Below are positions 37,700-45,301 of a stretch of 64,000 nt of DNA, one piece after another. The stretch spans positions 87,127 to 151,126 of the forward strand of contig CAUDUM010000007.1 in the NCBI GenBank assembly GCA_958452575.1, given 5' to 3'. A model generated the notes under the pieces. That model made no database searches. It was not told where the DNA came from and saw nothing but the letters and a program-made list of their open reading frames with translations. The stretch comes from an uncultured Eggerthellaceae bacterium (GTDB lineage Bacteria; Actinomycetota; Coriobacteriia; Coriobacteriales; Eggerthellaceae). Positions within the stretch are counted from its first letter, which is position 1. Each line of letters starts with the position of its first letter. The translations under genes were made by a program, and so were the position numbers.

Positions 37700-38578
37700 A
37701 TGGCGGAAAAGAAGCAAGCGTTGCTGCTGTTCAGCAAGCCCCCGGTTTCGGGCAGGGTCAAGACCCGCCTGACCATCGAACATGGCGGGTTCATGACGCC
37801 CGACGAGGCGGCCGATTTCTACAAGCGCTGCCTGTACGATGTGTCCGAGCTGTGCATGCATTCGCTCATCGAGATGCAGCGCGCCAATGACGCCGCGGTC
37901 GCGGCGGATCCGTCCGTGGACAAGATCACCTACGATTTCTTCGTGTCGACGCCCGCTGCCGACATCGACATCATGAAGGCGACCTACGACGAGATCGGCC
38001 CATGGCCCATGGAGATCCACTACCTCACCGACAAGGGTGCCACGTTCGACGATCACTTCGATTACGCTTTCAAGCAGATCTTCGACGAGGGCTACGAGCA
38101 CATCGTATCGGTCGGCGGCGACATCCCCACGCTGCCCAAGTCCCACATCAAGCAGGCGTTCCAGTGGCTCGACTACTTCCAGGCCTGCGGCACGCCGGGC
38201 TTCGTGCAGGCGCCGTGCCAGGAATGCGGCACGTCGCTGGTGGGTTTCAGCTACAACACGCCCATCAACCATCAGGGCATCTATTACAACATGGACGGCC
38301 GTCCCGCGCTCGACGGCTACGTCGAGAAGCTGAAGGCGGCCAACATCCCGTCTGCGTACTTCTCGCCGGTTGCCGATATCGACGAGCGTACCGACCTGGC
38401 CCACGCCATCTCCTGCATGCGCGCGATCGCCGAAGCGGGCAAGTACCAAAACGACGTGTTTGTTCCCCAGCGCGTGCTCGATTGGGTCGACTGGTATGGC
38501 ATCACCGTGTCCACCCCTCCCAACGAGGAGCACGACCCGCGCCAGTACCTCGACGAGGTTGAGGACGAGGAAGAGTAG
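37700..38578 (+). CDS. DUF2064-like (TIGR04282-type) nucleotide-diphospho-sugar-transferase-fold protein
   Basis: ALLLFSKPPVSGRVKTRL N-terminal motif. RBS GAGGAGGA. Confidence 0.6.
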   Translation: MAEKKQALLLFSKPPVSGRVKTRLTIEHGGFMTPDEAADFYKRCLYDVSELCMHSLIEMQRANDAAVAADPSVDKITYDFFVSTPAADIDIMKATYDEIGPWPMEIHYLTDKGATFDDHFDYAFKQIFDEGYEHIVSVGGDIPTLPKSHIKQAFQWLDYFQACGTPGFVQAPCQECGTSLVGFSYNTPINHQGIYYNMDGRPALDGYVEKLKAANIPSAYFSPVADIDERTDLAHAISCMRAIAEAGKYQNDVFVPQRVLDWVDWYGITVSTPPNEEHDPRQYLDEVEDEEE

Positions 38579-38739
38579 TTCCGTTGGCCTACCGGCCAAC
38601 GGAACGAGCCGACGCTGCGGGGAGCCCCCGCACCGAATCTTCGCGCGATCCTGCAGGCTTACGTACCAAAGTGCGCTTCGCCTGCACGATCCCATGAATC
38701 TTCGGCACGGGGGCTCCCCTCGCTGACGTTACGAACGAC
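38578..38739 (+). repeat. intergenic repeat family 1, copy 3
   Basis: Hairpin GTTCCGTTGGCC-TACC-GGCCAACGGAAC, GCCGACGCTGC (38608-38618), TACGTACCAAAGTGCGCTTCGCCT, and CTCGCTGACGTTACGAACGAC (38719-38739). Confidence 0.75.
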
Positions 38740-38741
38740 CA

Positions 38742-40142
38742 GTGAGAAAAGAGATTGTCTTGGCTATTCCAAACAACAACGATTCCGTGAAGGTGGCGCA
38801 CGTTGCCCAGGAGGGCAGCGCGCCGCGCGTTGCCGGGCATCGGCACCTGCACAACACGATCGGCCTGTGCCCGGAGTGCCTGCGCGAGCTGAAGGCCGAC
38901 GTCTACGCCGACGACGAGGGCACCGTGTGGATGGAACGCACCTGCCCCGACCACGGGCCGCTCACCACGCGCGTGTGGCCCGACGCAGACCATTACCAGT
39001 GGCTGCTGTCCGAGGCGTTCCCCAAGACCAAGCCGCAAAACACCATCCCGGCCGGCGCGCCGTGCCCCTTCGGCTGCGGCACGTGCTCGCGCCACGAGCG
39101 TCGCGGCACGCTGCTCGAGATCGAAGTGACCAAAAGCTGCAATCTGCATTGCCCCGTGTGTTTCATGAGCTCCGAGAACGGCGATGACGATCCCACGATG
39201 GATGAGATCGACGCCATGTACGACGTCATCGCCAACGCTGTGGGCACCGACGGCGCCGTTCAGCTGACCGGCGGCGAGCCGACCTGCCGCAAGGATCTGC
39301 CCGAGATCATCTACCATGGCCGCGAGAAGGGCTTCTGGGGCATCGAGGTGAACACGAACGGCCTGGTCATCGCCTCGCGTCCGGGATATCTGGAGGATCT
39401 GGTGGGCGCGGGCCTGACCGGCGTGTACCTGTCGTTCGACGGGCTGACCGGCGATGTGTACGAAGGTACGTGCGGGCGCGACATCCTCGATATCAAGCTG
39501 CGCGTCATCGAGCGCTGCCGCGAGGTGGGCATCCAGTGCGTGCTGTCGGTCGCCGTGGTCGCGGGTCTCAACGACGGTCAGCTGGGCGATCTTCTGCGCT
39601 TCAGCTTGGAGAATTCCGATGTGGTCGCCGGTCTGGCGCTGCAGCCCGCGTTCGTGTCCGGCCGCTTCGAGGCCGAGCGCGCGATGCAGCTGACGGCGGG
39701 CGATGTCATCTTCAAGCTGGCCGAGCAGTCCGACGGGCTCATCGAGCCGCGCGACATCTGGCCGCTCGGCTGCTCCAACCCGTTGTGCGACACCGGCGTG
39801 TTTTTGGTGCGCACCGACGAGGCCGTGCATAAGAGCGGGTTTGTTCCGGCGACGCAGCTGCTCACGCCCGAGGAATACCGCGAAGGCTACAGTCCCGACA
39901 GTCCCCAGGGCTCGGTGTTCCTGGACATCCTGTCCAAACGCGGCGTCAAGGTGAAGGACGGTTTGTCCGTCATCATCATGAACTACATGGACGCCTGGTC
40001 GATGGACGTGCAACGCCTGCGCGAGTGTTCGATGATGGTGACCGTCCCCGACGGCCGCGCCATCCCGTTCTGCTCGTACCACTTGACCGACGCCGACGGC
40101 CGCCGCGTGTATCCGCCCTGGTGCAAGGAAGAGCTGCGTTAA
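38742..40142 (+). CDS. radical SAM enzyme with N-terminal zinc ribbon (COG1964-like architecture)
   Basis: GLCPECL...TCPDHG zinc ribbon, CNLHCPVC (Cx3Cx2C) and a C-terminal IMNYMDAWSMD...PFCSYH block. The exact start codon is uncertain because there is no clear SD. Confidence 0.8.
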   Translation: MRKEIVLAIPNNNDSVKVAHVAQEGSAPRVAGHRHLHNTIGLCPECLRELKADVYADDEGTVWMERTCPDHGPLTTRVWPDADHYQWLLSEAFPKTKPQNTIPAGAPCPFGCGTCSRHERRGTLLEIEVTKSCNLHCPVCFMSSENGDDDPTMDEIDAMYDVIANAVGTDGAVQLTGGEPTCRKDLPEIIYHGREKGFWGIEVNTNGLVIASRPGYLEDLVGAGLTGVYLSFDGLTGDVYEGTCGRDILDIKLRVIERCREVGIQCVLSVAVVAGLNDGQLGDLLRFSLENSDVVAGLALQPAFVSGRFEAERAMQLTAGDVIFKLAEQSDGLIEPRDIWPLGCSNPLCDTGVFLVRTDEAVHKSGFVPATQLLTPEEYREGYSPDSPQGSVFLDILSKRGVKVKDGLSVIIMNYMDAWSMDVQRLRECSMMVTVPDGRAIPFCSYHLTDADGRRVYPPWCKEELR

Positions 40143-40151
40143 TCGTGCGGG

Positions 40152-40271
40152 CGCGGAGCGGAAGGGGCGGGGCTCCGTGCTCAAACAGGTCCTGAGCTCG
40201 CACGAAACGCCCACTGGGCGTTTCGGCTCGTGCGGATACTGCGCGCGGAGCCCCGCCCCTTCCGCTCCGCG
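40152..40271. repeat. palindromic element family 2, copy A
   Basis: 25-bp perfect outer stem (40152-40176 with 40247-40271) enclosing a 70-nt core that is shared, inverted, with 60918-60993. Confidence 0.85.
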
Positions 40272-40408
40272 GCGAGATTATCTTGCTCAGGGACGGGGGT
40301 GTTCGCGCTTTGCGCGAATTGCGGAGGGCCGATTTTGCGCGTCTCTTTCTTATAAGATATGGTCTACTATGCATGAAGCAAGAAGAGTGACCAAGACGAG
40401 AGGTTTAC

Positions 40409-41383
40409 ATGGCTGACTATAGGATTCTTCATGACGACGCCCGTTGCGTGAAGTGCGGGTTGTGCGTGGCGTTTTGTCCATGCAACGTGTTGGAGATGAA
40501 CGACGAGGGGTTCCCGTACGGGGCGCATCCCGATCAGTGCGTCGGGTGCCAGACATGCTCGGGCAACTGCCCTCAGCGCGCGCTGACGATCGAGGCTACG
40601 GGCGACGCCGTTTATGATCCGTTCGCGGACGAGCCGCGCGCCGAGCCTCTGGACAAGGATCGCCGCGCCGAGCTGGCGGAATACCAGCGCGTCATCATGG
40701 ACAAGCTCGGCCTGCGCTGGCAGCCGGTTGCCGTGAGCCTGGTCGAGGCGGACGAGCTGCTGCCCGATGTGCCGATGCCTCCGGAGAACCTGCGCTTCTG
40801 CCAGGCTATGATGGCGGCCCGCCGCGGTGCGAGCATCCTCATGCCTCCCAACAAGCATTCCTGCCCCGATGGCACGTCCATCTTCGGCATGACCGGCGTT
40901 CCCGAGAAGCTTGCCACTGGCGAGATCTACGTGCTGTTCCACAAGCTCGACACCGCCGAAGCGGCTGCGCAGATGGTTGCCGAGCGCCCCACGCTGCCGC
41001 CGCATAGCCGCCGCGCCACCTACGTTGCGCCGCTGAACAAGACGGTGCGTGAGCCGGAGGTGATCGTGTTCACCGGCACGCCCGAGCAGATGATGTGGCT
41101 GTGCATGTCGATGAGCTACTACACCGGCCATCGCTTCGACTTCCATGCGTCGGGCTACAACTCCATGTGCGTGGAGGCAGTGCTCATCCCGATGCGCGAC
41201 AACGAGCCCAACATCACGTTCGGCTGCTACGGCTGCCGCGCGGCAAGCGACATCGGCGAGGACATGATGTTCATGGGCATTCCCACCGACAAGCTGCCCA
41301 CCGTGGTGCGCGGTCTGACCGAGCTTGCGAAAAAGGCGATCCCGCACTCCCGCATGAAGATCTACGTCCCCCCGATCATGTAG
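40409..41383 (+). CDS. 2x[4Fe-4S] ferredoxin domain fused to a DUF169-like domain
   Basis: CVKCGLCVAFCP and CVGCQTCSGNCP, followed by about 260 aa with LRFCQAMMAARRG...HSCPDG (DUF169/COG2043-like). Confidence 0.65.
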   Translation: MADYRILHDDARCVKCGLCVAFCPCNVLEMNDEGFPYGAHPDQCVGCQTCSGNCPQRALTIEATGDAVYDPFADEPRAEPLDKDRRAELAEYQRVIMDKLGLRWQPVAVSLVEADELLPDVPMPPENLRFCQAMMAARRGASILMPPNKHSCPDGTSIFGMTGVPEKLATGEIYVLFHKLDTAEAAAQMVAERPTLPPHSRRATYVAPLNKTVREPEVIVFTGTPEQMMWLCMSMSYYTGHRFDFHASGYNSMCVEAVLIPMRDNEPNITFGCYGCRAASDIGEDMMFMGIPTDKLPTVVRGLTELAKKAIPHSRMKIYVPPIM

Positions 41384-41392
41384 GGAGTCGGG

Positions 41393-41827
41393 ATGTCCGA
41401 TCTGTTCACGCTGCGTGATGCATCGGCGGATGATCTGCCCACGCTCAACGCGTACAACTACAACGAGGGGATGGATGCCTTTTCCTCCGCTGATAACATC
41501 CGCGTCGCGGTGAATGCGGCGGGGGAGATTGTGGGCTACCTGCGCCTGGCATTCAGCCCCGAGGGCGTCGCGCATGTGAACCCCGTGGTCACCTATCCTA
41601 CTTGGCGGGGCTATGGTGTGGGACGAGCGCTCATGGACGAGGCGCTCGAGCGTCATGGCGAGCTGCGGTTCGTGGCGCGCGGCGCATCGGTGGGCTTCTA
41701 CGAGAAGCTGGGCTACCGCGTCATTCCGTGGGAGGACGTGTGCTTGGATGTGGCCGAGGATTGCCGCATCTGCACGCTGGTGGACGAGTGCAAGCCCCAG
41801 CCGATGGGGAAGAAGCTGGGAGAGTAG
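41393..41827 (+). CDS. GNAT family N-acetyltransferase
   Basis: VTYPTWRGYGVGRALMDEALE acetyl-CoA binding motif. Confidence 0.75.
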   Translation: MSDLFTLRDASADDLPTLNAYNYNEGMDAFSSADNIRVAVNAAGEIVGYLRLAFSPEGVAHVNPVVTYPTWRGYGVGRALMDEALERHGELRFVARGASVGFYEKLGYRVIPWEDVCLDVAEDCRICTLVDECKPQPMGKKLGE

Positions 41828-41863
41828 ACCGGCGTCGATCGCGCCATTGCTCTTGTGGCAAGA

Positions 41864-41901
41864 TGGGGTCGGTTTCGCTGATGCGAAGCCGACCCCTGTT
41901 T
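41864..41901. terminator. hairpin plus T-run between convergent GNAT and flavin reductase genes
   Basis: ggggtcggtttcgc-tgat-gcgaagccgacccc followed by tgtttt. Confidence 0.65.
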
Positions 41902-41906
41902 TGTCG

Positions 41907-42488
41907 TCAGTCTAGCTTTACCGTGGCGAACAGATCGTGCTGCACGCACAGCAGAGCGTCGGTGGCGTCGATGCGGCTGCGCTCATCCGATCCTGCGCGC
42001 GACCAAGCGCGATCCACATATCCGATCACCAGCATGTGATCGCCTGCGGGGTCGAGGTGATCGACGCGGCATTCGAACGCGGTCAGCGCACCTGCCAGAG
42101 CGGGCAGCGGCTCACGCGCGCTCTGTTCGGCGGCAGGCAGGAGCCGCCAGTCGACCAACGCGCTTTTGTCGATGACGTTGCCGGTCTTGTTACCGCACGT
42201 CTCGACGGTTGCGACCGCGTCATCCAAATTCGCATCGAGGACGCTGATCGTAAAGCGGCGTGTCGCTCGCACAAGGCCGAACGTATGCGATTTGGTGCGC
42301 AGCGCGAAAGCGACCATGGGCGGAGTGTGCGAGACGGGCGTCGCCCAAGCGACGGTGGCGAATCCGACCTCATCCCCGTCGCGTGCGCCGATGACGGCGA
42401 TCGGCCGCGGCCCCAGCGAAGCGGCGATATCGCGCCCCTCGATAAGGCGCATCGACAGGTCGAGATCCCGTTTGGCCTTCGCGTCCAT
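41907..42488 (-). CDS. flavin reductase-like (FMN-binding split-barrel) protein
   Basis: Start MDAKAK after AAGGAGAAG. IAVIGARDGDEVGFATVAWATPVSHTPPMVAFAL. Confidence 0.7.
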   Translation of the reverse strand: MDAKAKRDLDLSMRLIEGRDIAASLGPRPIAVIGARDGDEVGFATVAWATPVSHTPPMVAFALRTKSHTFGLVRATRRFTISVLDANLDDAVATVETCGNKTGNVIDKSALVDWRLLPAAEQSAREPLPALAGALTAFECRVDHLDPAGDHMLVIGYVDRAWSRAGSDERSRIDATDALLCVQHDLFATVKLD

Positions 42489-42621
42489 AGCTTCTCCTTG
42501 CTGCCCTATCTTGAAAAACCGCGCGTTTCTTCCCGGAACAGAGGCACTATCGGCGCCGATTCGGGAAGAAGCGCGCAAAGTTTGGTGCTCGTGCGTGCGA
42601 TGTCGCCGGAAACGGCGGCTC

Positions 42622-43059
42622 TTACTCTTCGTGCGAGCAGATCGGAGCGTCAGGCAGGTCGATGCCGAGCGCCTGGGCCGCTTGACCGCGCAGCTCCTCA
42701 AGCGTCAACTCGTAGCAGGCCAGCGCATCGATCCAGCGGCGCAGGCAGTGGCGCCCCTTGTCGGTCAGCGTGAACAGACGCTTGGCGGAACCCTCCTCGG
42801 GGGTCTCCCACTCGGAGGTCACCAGTTCGGCTTCCTCCATGCGCTTAAGCGCGCGGTAGATGCCGGTGGCGTCGGGCTTTTTGCCGCCGAACATGGGTGA
42901 ATGGGCTGCTTGCTGCACGATGATGTAGCCGTGCATGGGTTTGTCGTTGGCGGCAAGCAGCGTGAGAATGGTGGGCTGGGACAGGCGGTTGAGCGATTTG
43001 CCCAGCTCGGCGCATTCTTTCAGATCTTCATCGGACTTCGGATGGCAAGAGCTCCACAT
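42622..43059 (-). CDS. PadR family transcriptional regulator
   Basis: PMHGYIIVQQ...GIYRALKRMEEAELVTSEWE...KRLFTLTDKGR. Confidence 0.8.
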   Translation of the reverse strand: MWSSCHPKSDEDLKECAELGKSLNRLSQPTILTLLAANDKPMHGYIIVQQAAHSPMFGGKKPDATGIYRALKRMEEAELVTSEWETPEEGSAKRLFTLTDKGRHCLRRWIDALACYELTLEELRGQAAQALGIDLPDAPICSHEE

Positions 43060-43311
43060 AACGATTCCCCCTCGGGACACAGCGCGCTTCGCTGCTCGCG
43101 GCATCGTGGCGATGCGTAGGCGGCGAAAGCGCGGCAATTCGGTCGGATAGCACGATGACTATCATCCCATAACTATTATCCTAACGCCAATAGTTTCTCG
43201 GAATAATAGAATGTTCCCAAGAATAGTGGAACGTCCCCATGCGGCTGAAGCGCCTCAGGTCGCAAGACGCCCGTTGCGGAGCGCCTGCGCAAGGCGGGAT
43301 TTCCGCCGCAC

Positions 43312-44328
43312 TCAGTCGGCGAGGCGGTAGCGGCGGATGCCATCCCCATCCGTGCGCGCTTCGACCAGGCCGCGCAGCTCCAGATGGCGCAGGAACGCCG
43401 CGCCGATCTCCATCAGCGTCAGCCGCTGCACGCATGAGACGTCTTCCCAGGTTTTGTGGGGCAGGTTGAACCCGATCAGCTTCGTGATCTCGAAGCCGGT
43501 GGCGTCGGGATGCTCGCCCACCAGCGACAGCACGCGTTCGGCACGCTCGCGTTGATGCTCCGAAAGCCATGCGATGCGCTCGTCGATATCCTCGCGCAGC
43601 GGCCCGTGCGAATGGAACAGCGCGGTGGGCGCCAACGCGCGCACCTTCTCGAGGTTGTCCAGATAGGTTTGGACGCTGTCCCCAGCGCTTGCGGGCGCGC
43701 CGGATTCCGGAAGGAACAAGCCGATGCTGGGCGACAGGACGAACAGCACGTGGTCTCCGCCGAACAGGATTCCCGATGCGGGATCGTAGAGCGCTTGGTG
43801 CCCCGGCGTGTGCCCGGCCGTGTCGACGACGCGCAGCGTGCGGCTTCCGACGCGGATCCCGTCACCGTCCTCCGTGAAAACGAGCCGATGCGGTTCGTGG
43901 ATGATGTGCGAGAACTGGCTGCGCGACTCGATCGAGCAACGCGCGGAATCGGGGTCGGCGCCCTCGGCGACCAGCGTGCGGTACAGGCGCTCGTAGCGGC
44001 GCTGCACCTCTTCGGGCTGCGTGCGCTTGTAGTCGCGCTCGTTGAGGTAAAGCGGGGCGTCGGGCGGCACCAACGCGTCGACGAGCCCTGCGTGATCCAA
44101 ATGCAGGTGGGTGAGGAAGAACGAGGCACGGTCGAAGTCCACGTGCAGCTCTTCGAGCGCGGCGGCAAGGTAGGCGCGTCCCTCTTCGGAAGGCGCACCG
44201 GTGTCGACCACCAGCGTCTCGCCCTCGTCGATCACCGCATAGCAGTTGGTCGAGTCCAGCTTGTAGTTGCTGAACGGAACTTGGATCAGGTAGACATCGG
44301 GATCGGTATGTACGCGGATGTGATGCAT
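43312..44328 (-). CDS. MBL-fold metallohydrolase with a C-terminal winged-helix-like tail
   Basis: FFLTHLHLDHAGL metal motif and HTPGH. The C-terminal 80 aa are helix-rich. Confidence 0.7.
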   Translation of the reverse strand: MHHIRVHTDPDVYLIQVPFSNYKLDSTNCYAVIDEGETLVVDTGAPSEEGRAYLAAALEELHVDFDRASFFLTHLHLDHAGLVDALVPPDAPLYLNERDYKRTQPEEVQRRYERLYRTLVAEGADPDSARCSIESRSQFSHIIHEPHRLVFTEDGDGIRVGSRTLRVVDTAGHTPGHQALYDPASGILFGGDHVLFVLSPSIGLFLPESGAPASAGDSVQTYLDNLEKVRALAPTALFHSHGPLREDIDERIAWLSEHQRERAERVLSLVGEHPDATGFEITKLIGFNLPHKTWEDVSCVQRLTLMEIGAAFLRHLELRGLVEARTDGDGIRRYRLAD

Positions 44329-44720
44329 GTTGCGCGGATCTTCCTCTGCTCGCGTCGTTTCTCAGGAGAACCTTACCGCATGCGGAGGGAAAGCGGGCTG
44401 CTTGCGCGGCAAAGCACACCGTATCGACCGATGAGCGCGTTTCACCGCCGCCGGCCGCTTTCCGTCGCCTGCGCCGGTTGCCGTTGTTGCTGTTGCCGTT
44501 GCCGTCGCCTGGTGTCGCCCGGCGCTGGCTACGGCCGCCTGATCTCGCCCGGCGTCGCTACGGCAGCCTGTTGCCGCTGTCGCTTGCCGCCGCATTCTCC
44601 GGAACCATCATCGGGTAGGTGCCGTTTCGTCGTAAATAAGCCCGCCGTAGCCCGGTCGCGGGGTATCATTTTCCTTTGCAGGATCGAAGGCAAGCCGAGG
44701 AGGACGCCGTGTCGGCATCG

Positions 44721-45110
44721 ATGCAAGAACTGATCGTCAACTGCCTGTGCGTGGGCGCGGGCGGCTGCGTTGGCGCGATCGCCCGCTACCTGATGGGGCT
44801 TGTCGTTCCCGCGCATCAGTCGTGCTTTCCGCTGGGGACGTTCGCCGTCAACGTCATCGGCGCCTTCGCGATCGCCTTCATCGCCACCTGGTTCCTGCGC
44901 CACGTCGGCCTCGACGGCCGCCTGCTGCTGTTCCTCATGACGGGCGTGTGCGGCGGCTTCACCACGTTCTCTTCGTTCACCTGGGAGTCGCTGCAACTCA
45001 TACAGCGAGGTGACGTGCTCATTGCCGGCGCCTACATTATCGGCAGCTGTGCTCTGTGCCTGGCGGCGGCGCTCGCAGGTCAGCAGCTGGCGACGCGGCT
45101 CGGATTGTAG
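44721..45110 (+). CDS. crcB: fluoride ion channel CrcB/FluC
   Basis: GAGGCVGAIARY, FAVNVIGAFAI and GVCGGFTTFSSF motifs. The start could be a few codons upstream. Confidence 0.85.
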   Translation: MQELIVNCLCVGAGGCVGAIARYLMGLVVPAHQSCFPLGTFAVNVIGAFAIAFIATWFLRHVGLDGRLLLFLMTGVCGGFTTFSSFTWESLQLIQRGDVLIAGAYIIGSCALCLAAALAGQQLATRLGL

Positions 45111-45201
45111 CGCCCTCGGAAGACGCGGGGTGGGGTGTGGCGCACCGCTCTGTGTGGGCGGCATCTCCAAAAGCGGTCGGGAAAAGGCTCCTCCGAATAC
45201 G

Positions 45202-45239
45202 GAAACGGCCTCCTGCAACGAGCTGCAGGAGGCCGTTTC
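45202..45239. terminator. 16-bp perfect hairpin between convergent crcB and the aquaporin gene
   Basis: gaaacggcctcctgca-acgagc-tgcaggaggccgtttc. Confidence 0.65.
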
Positions 45240-45301
45240 GTCTACCAGAAGCTGCGGGGTAGTCGCGGATCGCAGCTTCTCGGCGTCGAAAAGCTGTGGG
45301 G

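Noticed and set aside
44590-44720. Expected fluoride (crcB-motif) riboswitch upstream of crcB
   Set aside because: I tried to fit the recalled consensus (GGnGAUGGnnUUC..CC, AAACCGCC-stem, CUGAUGAUGCCUAC). Only a generic stem (CCCGC...GCGGG) with an A-rich linker is present. The pseudoknot and GAUGG/UGAUGA boxes are not. An Infernal scan with RF01734 would settle it.
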